56,413 nucleotides of DNA from an uncultured Thermoleophilia bacterium (GCA_963848545.1 CAWKEZ010000037.1:1-56413); one strand, 5' to 3'; shown: positions 38,393 to 48,805, counted from the stretch's first letter. Program-made: numbers and translations. The notes: a model not told the origin generated them from the sequence alone.

Positions 38393-40031
38393 CTACGAGA
38401 TGGACGTCCTGGTGAGGTCGAGGTAGATGGAGCCGTTGCCGCCAACGTTGTGCACTCTCTTGCGCACCGCACGCAGCTGGGCCAGCCAGTAGGCGACGAT
38501 CACCGGCGTCTCCTCTTGCTGCAGGGCGGCGATCTGGGCGGCGATGCTCTTGCGGGCCAGGAGGTCGATGGTGGCGTCGTACTTGCTCACGAGAGCGTCG
38601 AAGCGCGGATTCTGCCAGTGAGACGAGTTCCAGATGCCGGTCGACGTGAGCATGGGTAGCATGAACTGCTCGGGCACGGCGCGCGGCGCCCAGTCGGTGA
38701 AGCCCATGGGCGCCTCGAGCCACGGCTGGCTGCCGTTGGGGCCGCTGTACCAGCCTGAGTACGATACGAGGTTGACGTCGATGGTGATGCCGGCGGGCTT
38801 GCACATCTGCTGCAAGAGGGTCGCGTACTGAGGCACCTCGAGGTACTGCTCCGCGGTGCAGGTGACGGCGATGCCGCTGGGGTGGCCCGCCGCCGTGAGC
38901 AGTGCCTTGGCCTGAGCAATGTTCTGCCGGCGCTGGGCCGGAGTCGCCGGCGACGCGGGGTACGAGGGCGCGAACATGTGGTCGTTACCCACTTGCCCCT
39001 GGCCGCCGATCAGGCCCTTGATCAGGGCCGGGCGATCGACGCACAAGGCCACCGCCTGGCGCACACGCTTGTCGTCGAACGGCGCCTGGTCGACGCGCAT
39101 GGCGAGCTCGCGAAACCCGGTTGAAGGAAACGCGAGCACGTCGATGTTGGCATCGTGAAACAGTGCCTCGGAACCCGAGTAGACCGTCTGCGCCTGCACG
39201 TCGATGGTGCCGGCCTGCAGGGAAGCCACCTGGCTGCGGTCGCTGCCGTACAAGAAAACCACGCCGTCGAGGTGTGGCAGGCCGCCCTGCCAATAGGTGG
39301 GATTCTTCTTGAGCGTCGCGCTCTGCCCCGCCACGTAGCCGGTGAGCACGAACGGACCAGTGCCCACGGGCTGCTTGACAAAATCACCGGCGAAGTTCCT
39401 GGGCAGAATGACGGTGTTGTAGGAGCCTGACGACACCAGGTACGGAAAGTCGGCGAAGGCAACATCGAGATTGAAGGCCACCGTGTGGTCGTCGACTTTG
39501 ACCGTGCCACCGGGCGACAGGATGCCCTTGAGGGCCGACAGGGCCGCCGAGCCGCTCTTAGGGTCGAGCAGGCGCGAACGTCGCCACCACGTCGTCGGCG
39601 GCGAAGGGCGAGCCGTCGTTGAACTTGACGCCCTGGCGCAGAGTGAAGGTCCACGTCTTGAGCGTCGCGTCCGGCGTCCAGGATTCGGCCAGCACCGGAC
39701 GCAGGCTGAGATCGTTCTCCACCCAGGCGGTACTCACCGATGGCATCGACGGTCACGACACTTCCCGCGTCGTACATGGTCACAGGGTCGATGGCGGTGA
39801 GGGGTACGGGTCCCCCACGGTCAGGGTGCCGCCGGGTGCCGCGGCGGAAGCGGTTGGCGTCGGCGATCGCCGCCGGCGAGCCGCCGCAAGCAGTCAACAA
39901 CGAGCCCAGGGCGGTAGCCCGAGACCGAAGACGAAGGCCCGCACGAGAAGCTCACGCCGCGTCAGGCTCCCGCTGAGCACCTCGTCGACGAGGTGTTGAC
40001 CGTACTCCCTGGAAAGTCGATCGTCACTCAC
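38393..40031 (-). pseudogene. ABC substrate-binding protein, family 5, paralogue of 30113..31834 (heavily frame-disrupted, orphan)
   Basis: The GTG at 40031 is preceded by AAGGAG. The N-terminus MSDDRLSREYGQHLVDEVLSGSLTRRELLVRAFVFGLG parallels the other binding protein. ORF 38393..39481 is the intact C-terminal 362 aa. The N-terminal 550 nt need at least 6 frame switches, for example at CCC 39918..39920 and GGGG 39801..39804. Confidence 0.85.
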
Positions 40032-40119
40032 GTCGACTCCTTCCCCGACAGTCGATCGTGTGACTCAAGACGTATAGGAATCCACCACCTCCACGTTCGT
40101 GGAGACCTACCGAGACAGC

Positions 40120-40148
40120 ATTATAGGAGCGAATATGCCGAGTATCAA
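40120..40148 (-). promoter_or_regulatory. near-consensus sigma-70/SigA-type promoter for the orphan binding-protein gene
   Basis: On the minus strand: TTGATA (40143..40148), a 17-nt spacer, then TATAAT (40120..40125), in a visibly AT-richer island. The predicted ~85-nt leader contains the hairpin CTCCAC-GTTC-GTGGAG (40089..40104). Confidence 0.45.
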
Positions 40149-40688
40149 GAGAATTATATTCGCGGCACGTGCGCCACTGCAGACGAATGTTCAGCGTCTG
40201 CGCTCTCCTCTCTGTCTGCCACGTTTTCGTCGCAGAACGCAGCATTATGCACAATGCGCCGGCGAGCACTCAGCCGCGACGGCCGCAAGACAGAGAAGTT
40301 CCGCAGATCTGCGGACGAGACTCTGAGCGGTGGTCGCTGGGGGGTGAGGACGGTCGCTCCAGGGCGCGCGCCTCGGGGTTCGCCTCGAACGAACGGGAAG
40401 GTGGCCGGTGAGCGCCCAAAGCAGGCACCGCGAGGTACGTAGAGGTCTGGAGTCGAGCATGACCATAGTTGCCGCGGACGGAGTCGGAGGGTACGTGCGC
40501 CAGCACGGCGAGGCGGACGCTGTCGTCGGCGACCGACCATCGCTGCTGCGGGGCCGGCTTACCCTCCTCGATGCCGCCACCACGCCGCCGCCACGGCAGC
40601 GGAGCGACTTCGTCCTGACGATGCCGGCGGCTCGAGGTATTGCTCGCGGCCGGCGCGCGCAGCGCGCCGGCCGAGCTCGCCCTGGAGC

Positions 40689-41984
40689 TCACAGGGCGAC
40701 GGCGGCGAAGTGGCACGGGCCTTCTGGAACGGCTGCGCCTACGTGGGCTGACCGTGCCTCAGTGGCGTGCGCCTCAGAGCCAGCGGCGCGCGCGGCAACC
40801 GCGGCGATCGCCGCGCGCAGCGCGGCCAGGCCGGTCATGAGTTCGTCGTGCGTGATGTTCAAGGCCGGGAACACGCGTATGCCGGTGCCCTGGGTCTGAC
40901 GCACGAACACGTGCTGCGCGAGGCATTGGGCGGCGACTGCGGCCGCGGCGGCTTCGGTGTGGAACTCGACCAGCAGAAGCAGGCCGCGGCCGCGCGCGCC
41001 GACCACCATGCCGGGGTACATCTCGCGCCAGCGCGCCATCTCGGCGAGCGCCTCGCGACCAAGCTGCGCCACATGCGTCGCGATCTGGGCGTCGAGCAAG
41101 TAGCGGACGACGGCGTAGCCGACCGCGCAGGCCAGCGGATTGCCACAGTAGGTGCCGCCGTGGTCGCCGGCCTCCAGCTTGGCCGACACGTCTTCCGACA
41201 GCGCGAAGGCGCCCAGCGGAAAACCGCCCGCGATCCCCTTGGCCATGGTCAGGAAGTCGGCCGCGCCCCGGCGGCGGCCGTCGCGAACATCGGTCCAGTG
41301 CGGCAGAAGCCAGTCTGTACCTCGTCCACGATGAGCAGGGAGCCGTTGGCCCTGCACAGCTCGGACACCCTTCTCAAGTAGTCGTCCGCCGGAATGCGCA
41401 CGCCGCCCTCACCTTGAATGGGTTCCACGATGACCGCGGCAACGCCGGCGTCGAGGGCCTCGCCGAGGGCGCTTACGTCGTCGAACGGCACATGTCGATA
41501 ACCGGGCATCTGCGGCCGGAACTTGTCGCGATGCTTGGCCTGGCCGGTGGCCGAGACCATGCTGATGGTGCGCCCGTGGAAGCTGCCCTCCATGGAGATC
41601 ACGTCGTCGCGCCCGGTGACCTTGCGGGCCAGCTTCACGGCGGCATCGTTGGCCTCGGCGCCGCTGTTGGTGAAGAAGACGCGCGTGAGGCCGGCCGGCA
41701 GGATGCCGGCGAGAAGCCTGAGAAGCCGCGCCCGGGGCGGCGAGTAGTGAGTCCCGAGTCGGGGTTTGCAGAATGCGCCCGCCCTGCTCGGCCAGGGCTG
41801 CCTGGATGACCGGGTGGGCGTGGCCGATGCTGGTCACGCCCCAGCCGGCCGTGAGGTCGAGGTACCTCTGCCCCTCCTCGTCCCACACCCACACGCCTGC
41901 GCCGCGGGCAACAGAGATTCGGCGCTCGGCGAAGAACGGCGGCATGTGCGCGTTCTCGGTGGCGATCGTCTCAGCGGTTCCCAT
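40689..41984 (-). pseudogene. class-III PLP aminotransferase (acetylornithine/GABA aminotransferase-like) (frame disrupted)
   Basis: The fragments are 41409..41984 ([18 protein letters not shown]), 41249..41638 ([23 protein letters not shown]...SFHGRT...[10 protein letters not shown]...LLIVDEVQTGFCRTGPMFA) and 40689..41357 (LTMAKGIAGGFPLGA...GGTYCGNPLACA). At least 3 switches are needed, near 41770, 41745 and 41270. The true stop is uncertain. Confidence 0.8.
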
Positions 41985-42080
41985 GGTTTCCTCTTACGTC
42001 GTCGCCCTGCCATGCTCGGGCTCTCCGCCGGCGGGGTATGGTCTATCCGCCAATGCGCAGCGTCCTAGGGAGTCTGGCGA

Positions 42081-42769
42081 GTGCCAAGCAGTACGCCGAG
42101 CAACAAGACCAACCAGGCCGGTACAGAACCTCATCCGGTGGCGGTCACCTTCGTGACCACGGAACACTTTACCCTCCAGGGGTGCGTTCCTCAACGATCG
42201 CCGAGTCGACCGGCCGTGCGAGCATGTTCCTCAGCTCGGTCACCGGCGGCCTCGTGGCGCTCGGCCTCATGGCTACCGCGGCCCATGTCGGCGCCGCCTT
42301 CTACGCCCTCGGTCTCGTCCTCCTCCCTACGCTCGCCTTCCTGGGATTGGTCACGTTCGACCGGGTGCTGCAGTCGGGCATCGAAGACCAAGGCTACGCG
42401 CGCCGCATCGCGCGGCTGCGCGGCTACTACTTCAGCTACGCTCCGGACCTTACCGGCCACCTGCTCAGCGTGCCGCCAGCCGGCCGGCTCAGGGTGCAGG
42501 GTCTTCAGGGTGGACGCTGGCAGCCGTTTCTGACAGTCGCCGGCATGGTCGCCGTGATCACGGCCGTGCTCGCCGGCTCGTCGGCCGGATTGCTCGGCGC
42601 CGTAGTGCTCCACCACTCGCTGGTCGCCGCGCTGGTCGCCGGTGGTGTGGTGGGGGTCGCCTTCCTCGTCGCGTTGATGCGCTACCAGCACAGCGCCTGG
42701 GCGCGAGCGGCAAAGGCGGCGCTCTTCGTCGACGAGAACGAGCCGTACCCCGACGAGCTCGGCCGTTGA
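42081..42769 (+). pseudogene. hypothetical membrane protein (one frame switch)
   Basis: The N-terminus ...VAVTFVTTEHFTLQG (ORF 42081..42533 frame) continues as RSSTIAESTGRASMFLSSVTGGLVALGLMA... in ORF 42038..42769. There are about 4 hydrophobic segments. The switch is near 42185. Confidence 0.5.
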
Positions 42770-42827
42770 CGAACAGCGCTCTGCGCCCGCCTGATCCCAC
42801 CGCGCAGGCGACGCCCGGGCGCTTGGA

Positions 42828-43520
42828 TCACGGATGGCACCCACCGCGGCCCTTGTGCTGCCGCAGAGCTTTGTCGAGCTGCTCGAAGCTGAGAGCGGGC
42901 ACCGGGAGGGCGCTGGGCCCTTCGCGCCGGCTCGCGAGACCGTCGAGCACGAGGTGCAGGTAGCGGATCCACACGTCCGGCGCCACAGCCGCCGTGATGT
43001 CCATCACGCTGCCGATCATGGCGCCGATCAGCAGCAGGTCCTGGGCACTCAGATCGGCTCGCAGGGTGCCTTGCTGTTGCGCGCGAGTCGCGAGCTGACC
43101 GACGAGCGGCACGAGGCGATCACGCAACAGCTCGATCCGTTCGCGGCCGTGCGTGCGACTGGACACCAGGTCTTTCAGGCCCCGATCGGCCACCTGCATG
43201 CCCAGCGTCTGCTCGAGGAAACGGACCACGCCGCGCCAGGCGTCCTCATCCTCCAGAGCCTCCTGGCCGATCGCCACCAGTTGCTGTAGCTGATCCTCGA
43301 AGAGGGCATCGATGAGCATTTCCCGGTTCGGGAAGCGCCGGTAGAGGGTGCCTATGCCCACACCGGCGCGGCGCGCGATCTGCTCCAGCGGCGCCTCCAG
43401 GCCTTCGTCGGCGTAGACCTCACGCGCGGCGTTCAGGATGCGCTGCCGGTTTCTCTGCGCGTCGACCCGCAGGGGGGCGGCCTCTGCATCGCGCGACCGT
43501 GTGTCACCGTTCATGCACAC
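42828..43520 (-). CDS. TetR/AcrR family regulator
   Basis: Intact ORF. The HTH is RNRQRILNAAREVYADEGLEAPLEQIARRAGVGIGTLYRRFPNREML. It is divergent from the MMPL gene. The start is GTG 43520 or ATG 43514. Confidence 0.85.
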   Translation of the reverse strand: MCMNGDTRSRDAEAAPLRVDAQRNRQRILNAAREVYADEGLEAPLEQIARRAGVGIGTLYRRFPNREMLIDALFEDQLQQLVAIGQEALEDEDAWRGVVRFLEQTLGMQVADRGLKDLVSSRTHGRERIELLRDRLVPLVGQLATRAQQQGTLRADLSAQDLLLIGAMIGSVMDITAAVAPDVWIRYLHLVLDGLASRREGPSALPVPALSFEQLDKALRQHKGRGGCHP

Positions 43521-43531
43521 GATTATAACAA

Positions 43532-43613
43532 AGTGGACGCCAGCCTCCGGTTGATGCTACCCTGCGCGGAGGATTCGGAGCACTGCCTCCAAGCGCTCCC
43601 CATAGCGTCCACT
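43532..43613. promoter_or_regulatory. long-range inverted repeat in the tetR-mmpL intergenic region
   Basis: AGTGGACGC (43532..43540) pairs with GCGTCCACT (43605..43613), 64 nt apart. A nested pair is CCTCCG (43544..43549) and CGGAGG (43566..43571). The 3' arm abuts the SD AGGAG (43614..43618) of the TTG start at 43625. Confidence 0.4.
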
Positions 43614-43624
43614 AGGAGACTGCC

Positions 43625-45796
43625 TTGGCCTCATTCGCCCGCTGGTGCTACCGCCACCGTGTCATCGTCGTCATCGCCTGGCTCGCCGTGCTGTTCTCGG
43701 TGGTGGGCGTCGAGCGCATCGTGGGGAGCTCTTACGCCAACCAGTTCAGCTTGCCGGGCACCGAGTCATCGCACGCGCAAGACCTCCTCACTGCGGCCCT
43801 GCCCAAGCAGGCCGGCGACTCCGACACCATCGTCTGGCACGTGCGCAGTGGGTCGGTGAACGCCCCGGCGGTGCAGGCTCGCATCAAGGCGCTGCTCGCC
43901 CTAGTGGCCAAGGTACCGACGGTCGCCGGCGTTGCCAGCCCCTACGTGCCCAGGGGCGCGGCGCAGATCAGCCGCGACGGCAAGACTGCGTACGCCACGG
44001 TGGCCTTCAGCAAGCTGGCGCAGTCGCTGCCCAAAAGCGATGTGCGCCACGTCATCAGCCTGGTGAAGAGCGCCGGCACCTCCACGCTTCAGGTGGAGAT
44101 CGGCGGCCAGGCCATCGAGCAGGTGAGCATGACGCCGCCCTCCAACAGCGAGGCCTTCGGGCTCATCGCCGCGGCGATCATCATCCTTCTGGCCTTCGGC
44201 TCGCTGCTGGGCATGGCGCTGCCCCTCATTGCGGCTGTGGTGGCGCTGGGCACCGCGACCTTCGCCATCGACCTCTTCTCACACGTCGTCAGCATCGCCG
44301 TGCTCGCGCCCACGCTGGCCGCGCTCATCGGTCTCGGCGTGGGCATCGACTACGCCCTGTTCATCATCACCCGTCACCGCGACGGGCTGCGGGCAGGGCT
44401 CTCGCCGGAAGAAGCGGCCGTGCGTTCGCTGAACACAGCCGGTCGGGCCGTGCTCTTCGCCGGCGGCACCGTGTGCGTGGCGCTGCTCGGCCTGCTCGTA
44501 CTCAGGCTGAGCTTCCTCGACGGTATGGCCTACGCGTCGGTGCTGACCGTGGTGCTCACCATGGCCACGGCCCTCACCCTGCTACCCGCGCTGCTCGGTT
44601 TCATGGGCGTGCACGTGCTCAGCCGCCGCGAGCGCCGGCGGCTGGCCGAGAATGGCCCTCAGGACGGCCACACCACGGGCTTCTGGGCCCGCTGGGCGAG
44701 GTTCATCTGGCGGCGGCCCGCCGTGCTCGCCCTGGTCGCCATCGCCGTAATGCTGACGCTCGCCAGCCCCGTGCTCAGCCTGCGCCTCGGACTCTCCGAC
44801 GCCGGCAACGACGCCGCCTCCAGCACCACGCGCAAGGCCTACGACCTGCTCGCCGCTGGTTTCGGCCCGGGCTCCAACGGGCCGCTGCTGCTGGTCGCCC
44901 AGGTCGGCTCGCCGGCCGACACCGCGGCCCTGGCCAAGCTCGCGCAGACGCTGCCGCACGTGCCCAACGTGGCCGCCGTGGTCCCGTTTCCCTCCAAGCC
45001 CGGTGCCAAGGTGGCCGTCGTCGAGGTGATACCGACCACCTCCCCGCAGGACGTGAAGACCAGCAATCTCATCAACCATTTGCGCGACACCGTGATCCCC
45101 ATGGCCGAGCGGGGCACCAATCTACACGTCTACGTCGGCGGCGCCACAGCCATCTTTGACGACTTCGCCGCCATCATCACCGGCAAGCTACCGCTGTTCA
45201 TCGGCGTCATCGTGGGCCTGGGCTTCGTGCTGCTGCTCATCGCCTTCCGCAGCCTCGTGGTGCCGGCGACCGCGGCGGTCATGAACCTCCTCGCCGCCGG
45301 TGCCTCGTTCGGCGTCGTGGTCGCTTTCTTCCAGTGGGGTTGGGGCTCCGACCGCTTCGGGCTGGGCAGAGCCGGGCCGGTGGAGGCCTTCCTGCCGGTG
45401 ATCATGCTCGCCGTGCTCTTCGGTCTCTCCATGGACTACCAAGTGTTCCTCGTGAGCCGCATGCACGAAGAATGGGTGCACACCCGCGACAACGCTCACT
45501 CGGTGATCCTCGGGCAGGCCACCACCGGGCGCGTCATCACGGCCGCCGCGGCCATCATGATCAGCGTGTTCGCGGCCTTCGTAATCGGCGGCCAGCGCGT
45601 GATCGCCGAGTTCGGCATCGGCCTGGCGGCGGCGGTGTTCCTCGACGCCTTCATCTTGCGCACCGTGCTGGTGCCGTCGGTGATGCACCTCTTCGGCCGA
45701 GCCAACTGGTGGCTGCCGCGCGCCGTCGACCGGCGCATGCCGCATCTCTCGGTGGAGCCGACGGCCGACGCCGAAGAAGGTGCTACGGCGCCCTGA
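43625..45796 (+). CDS. MMPL family (RND superfamily) transporter
   Basis: Intact 723-aa ORF with TTG start. It has two MMPL halves, with GIDYALFIITRHRDG and GLSMDYQVFLVSRMHEEW. Confidence 0.9.
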   Translation: MASFARWCYRHRVIVVIAWLAVLFSVVGVERIVGSSYANQFSLPGTESSHAQDLLTAALPKQAGDSDTIVWHVRSGSVNAPAVQARIKALLALVAKVPTVAGVASPYVPRGAAQISRDGKTAYATVAFSKLAQSLPKSDVRHVISLVKSAGTSTLQVEIGGQAIEQVSMTPPSNSEAFGLIAAAIIILLAFGSLLGMALPLIAAVVALGTATFAIDLFSHVVSIAVLAPTLAALIGLGVGIDYALFIITRHRDGLRAGLSPEEAAVRSLNTAGRAVLFAGGTVCVALLGLLVLRLSFLDGMAYASVLTVVLTMATALTLLPALLGFMGVHVLSRRERRRLAENGPQDGHTTGFWARWARFIWRRPAVLALVAIAVMLTLASPVLSLRLGLSDAGNDAASSTTRKAYDLLAAGFGPGSNGPLLLVAQVGSPADTAALAKLAQTLPHVPNVAAVVPFPSKPGAKVAVVEVIPTTSPQDVKTSNLINHLRDTVIPMAERGTNLHVYVGGATAIFDDFAAIITGKLPLFIGVIVGLGFVLLLIAFRSLVVPATAAVMNLLAAGASFGVVVAFFQWGWGSDRFGLGRAGPVEAFLPVIMLAVLFGLSMDYQVFLVSRMHEEWVHTRDNAHSVILGQATTGRVITAAAAIMISVFAAFVIGGQRVIAEFGIGLAAAVFLDAFILRTVLVPSVMHLFGRANWWLPRAVDRRMPHLSVEPTADAEEGATAP

Positions 45797-45840
45797 AGGC
45801 AGGCGCCCACGCGAGGTGCGGGCCGCCGGAAGTGTCAGGT

Positions 45841-47142
45841 TCACTCTCCGGCGCCGGCGCTGGCACGCACGAAGCGCCGCGCCGCGTAGCCGCCGAAGGC
45901 GGCGGCCAGCAAGCACACGACCCCGCCGACCACGATCGGCGCCCGCCCACCGAGGATGTCGGCGAGCCCGCCCAACAGGGGGGCGCCGATCAGCGTTGTG
46001 CCGCCGATGACTACGGTCTGCAGGGCGAGCACCCGCCCGTGCATCTCGGGCCTGGCCTCGACCTGCACGATCGCCGTCGTGGCGGTCAGGTAGAGGATGC
46101 AGGCCATGCCCACCAGGAACACCTCCGGCACGGCGACCGCCACCCCGGGGGCGGAGGCCAGCAGTAGCATGGCAAGGCCGAGGGCGAGGGCGCCCATGAC
46201 GGCGTGGCGTAGGCGCACCAGCCCTCTGTGGGCCACGATCAGGCCACACACCACGGCACCGCCGCCGAAGACCGAGTAGAGGATGGTGAAGACGCCGCCA
46301 GACCTGTGCAGGGCACTGGTGACGAAGAGCGGCAAGGTGACGGTGAAGTTGTACGACAACATCTGGATGGCGATCAGCATGACGAAGCTGATCCAGAGCG
46401 ACGGCATGCTCATCACGTAGCGCAGGCCGGCCCGCACTTCACCTTTGGCTCGCGGCGCGCGCGGCCGCCGGTAGAGCTCGGCCGACCGCATCATCACGAG
46501 GCAGAGCAACACGGCAATGTACGTGACGGCGTCGGTCGTAAAGCACCACCCGTAACCCACGGTCACCACCAGCAGGCCCGCCAGCGCGGGCCCAAATATG
46601 CGTGCCAGGTTCACGATGATGCTGTAAAGCACCACGGCGTTCGGGCGGTCCTCGGCCGGGACCATCTCGGTGACGAAGGAGCGCCGCAACGGGTTGTCGA
46701 AGGCCAGCAGGGTCCCTCCGGTGAGGGCCAGCGCGTAGAGGCCGGCGAGTGGTGGATGCGGCAAGAAGGCGAGGATCGCCAGCCCCATCGACTGCGCCAT
46801 CTCGAGGCTCTGGGTGAGCAGCAGCAGACGCCGCTTGTCTGCGCGGTCGGCGATCGCCCCCGCCCACGCAGACAAGAGAAGAATCGGGCCAAACTGACAA
46901 GCGGCGAGGATGCCAACCGCCAACCCGCTGCCGGTGATCTTGAGCACCAGCAGGACGAGGGCCACGTTGGTGAGCCAGTTGCCCGTGTTGGAGATCACCT
47001 GACCGCTGAAGTACAGGCGGAAGTTGCGGTTTCTCAGTGAGAGAAAGGTCTTCCCCAGCCTCTGGCTGAGCCACGCTGCCACGGGCTTGGCAGGTGGGCC
47101 TGTGCTCAGGCGCAGGTTCGCGGATGTAGGAGTTTCGTGCAT
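45841..47142 (-). CDS. MFS transporter (EntS/MFS_3-like)
   Basis: Intact 433-aa ORF with 12 predicted hydrophobic segments. The N-terminus LRNRNFRLYFSGQVISNTGNWLTNVAL is typical of this MFS branch. Confidence 0.85.
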   Translation of the reverse strand: MHETPTSANLRLSTGPPAKPVAAWLSQRLGKTFLSLRNRNFRLYFSGQVISNTGNWLTNVALVLLVLKITGSGLAVGILAACQFGPILLLSAWAGAIADRADKRRLLLLTQSLEMAQSMGLAILAFLPHPPLAGLYALALTGGTLLAFDNPLRRSFVTEMVPAEDRPNAVVLYSIIVNLARIFGPALAGLLVVTVGYGWCFTTDAVTYIAVLLCLVMMRSAELYRRPRAPRAKGEVRAGLRYVMSMPSLWISFVMLIAIQMLSYNFTVTLPLFVTSALHRSGGVFTILYSVFGGGAVVCGLIVAHRGLVRLRHAVMGALALGLAMLLLASAPGVAVAVPEVFLVGMACILYLTATTAIVQVEARPEMHGRVLALQTVVIGGTTLIGAPLLGGLADILGGRAPIVVGGVVCLLAAAFGGYAARRFVRASAGAGE

Positions 47143-47241
47143 GAGGCGTTCCTCGCGCTCAGTGCTTCATGCCCCCGTGGGCGCGCGCAGACGTTCCGCC
47201 ACGAGCATGCCAGAGGGCTAGGCGTCGGCGCCGGCCTGAAG

Positions 47242-47955
47242 TCACGCCGTGGCGCGGATCTTCTCGAGGCCGTCGAGGATCAGATCGAGCCCGAAGGCGA
47301 ACTCATCGGCGTAGACGTAACCGGAGCTCATGAACTCCAAGACGACGGCTGTGAGGTGGGGGTACGCATCGCCGAGAGACTGCCGAAGCATCATCTCCCC
47401 CACATCCGAGAGCTCCTCTGGGGTCGCGAACGGCAGGCTCGTCTCCTGCAGAGCGAAGCCATAGACGTAGCTGTCCAGGACGTTGTAGGCGCGAGTGGCC
47501 GTGAGGCTCGTCGTGAAGCCGGCCGCGCGCAGATAGCCGAGCAGCGCGTCGTGGTGACGGAGGTTCGCGGGGCCGGCCCGACTGCGCGATTCCATGAAGA
47601 CGATCACCCACGGGTGCCTGGTGAGAGCCGCGCGGACCGAGATCGCCCAGTCACGCATGGCCCTTCTCCAGTCGACACCGTCGGCAGGTAGCTCGATCTC
47701 GGCGAAGACGAGATCGACGATGCCGTCGAGCACGTCCTCCTTATTGTGCACGTGCCTGTACAGCGACATCGCCTCGACCCCGAGCCGCTCACCGATCTTG
47801 CGCATGGTCAGGGACTCGATCCCGCCCTGGTCGGCGAGCGCCATGGCGGCGCGCAGCACCTGCTCCCGGCTGAGCCGCGCCCTGCGCCCTGTCCTCGAAT
47901 CGGTCCCTGAGCTCATCTGCGATCCCCCGTGCCGTGCAGTTGACATGTTTATCAT
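47242..47955 (-). CDS. TetR family regulator (TetR_C-type C-terminal domain)
   Basis: Intact 237-aa ORF. The HTH is SREQVLRAAMALADQGGIESLTMRKIGERLGVEAMSLYRHVHNKEDV. Confidence 0.85.
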   Translation of the reverse strand: MINMSTARHGGSQMSSGTDSRTGRRARLSREQVLRAAMALADQGGIESLTMRKIGERLGVEAMSLYRHVHNKEDVLDGIVDLVFAEIELPADGVDWRRAMRDWAISVRAALTRHPWVIVFMESRSRAGPANLRHHDALLGYLRAAGFTTSLTATRAYNVLDSYVYGFALQETSLPFATPEELSDVGEMMLRQSLGDAYPHLTAVVLEFMSSGYVYADEFAFGLDLILDGLEKIRATA

Positions 47956-48022
47956 ATCGCGCTAGCGTACATTGTAAGTTTACATCATAAGCTTACCCCG
48001 TACGCAACCCAGGAGGAACACC

Positions 48023-48805
48023 ATGAAGGCCATCATGCACGAGGGAGAAGACGCCACGACCTCAACGAAGCGTCTCGCCAGAATCGCCGGCGCCCTCTAC
48101 CTGCTGAACGGCATCTTCGGCGCCTTTGCCCTGCTTTTTGTGGACCACAAGGTGTACGTCGCCGACAACGCGACGGCCACAGCCGGGAGGCTGATCGCGC
48201 ACTCCGGACTGGTCCGTTTGGGCGTCGCCGCCGATCTGACCCAGGCGACGCTCTGGGTCTTTCTGGCCATGACCCTCTACCTGCTGTTCAAGAACGTGAG
48301 CAGGAGCGCGGCGAGCGCGCTGGTGGTTCTCGTCGCGATCGGGACCGGCATCGTCTGTCTCAACGCGGTCTTCCGCTTCGAGGCCTTGCGTGTGGCGACC
48401 GGCCAGGTTGGATCTGCCGCCCTTGGCAGCACCACTTCAAACGTATTGGCGCTCCTGCTGCTCGACACCCAGCACTACGGCATCCTCGTCGCGCAGATCT
48501 TCTTCGGCCTGTGGCTGGTGCCGCTGGGGTACCTCGCCTACACGTCGGGGATGTTCCCCAAGTGGCTTGGCGGCCTGCTCTTCGCGGGAGCCGCCGGCTA
48601 CCTCGTCGACACGCTGGCGCTGTTCCTGGCGCCCGGCCTTGGCCAGAAGATCAGCACGGTGGTCGTCATCCCGTCTACAGTGGCCGAGATCTCGATGGTC
48701 GTGTACCTGCTCGTGATCGGTGTGAAGACGGCGCGGCCGGAGAGGCGCGTCCCGCCCGTCCCCTCCCCCGGCATCCAGGCTGCGCCGCGAGGTGGCACGC
48801 GATGA
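48023..48805 (+). CDS. DUF4386-like membrane protein
   Basis: Intact 260-aa ORF with SD AGGAGG. The LARIAGALYLLNGIFGAFALLF start and a multi-pass hydrophobic profile match my memory of DUF4386. Confidence 0.7.
   Translation: MKAIMHEGEDATTSTKRLARIAGALYLLNGIFGAFALLFVDHKVYVADNATATAGRLIAHSGLVRLGVAADLTQATLWVFLAMTLYLLFKNVSRSAASALVVLVAIGTGIVCLNAVFRFEALRVATGQVGSAALGSTTSNVLALLLLDTQHYGILVAQIFFGLWLVPLGYLAYTSGMFPKWLGGLLFAGAAGYLVDTLALFLAPGLGQKISTVVVIPSTVAEISMVVYLLVIGVKTARPERRVPPVPSPGIQAAPRGGTR

Noticed and set aside
40385-40460. A cobalamin-riboswitch-like string: GGGAAGGTGGCCGGTGAGCGCCCAAAGCAGGCACCGCGAGGTA.
   Set aside because: It only superficially resembles the GGGAA...GGTG...CCGC...GTA core. There is no B12 box (AGYCMGGAGACCKGCC-like) on either strand. 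The other conserved core segment (GAATCC) is absent. No B12-related gene is downstream.
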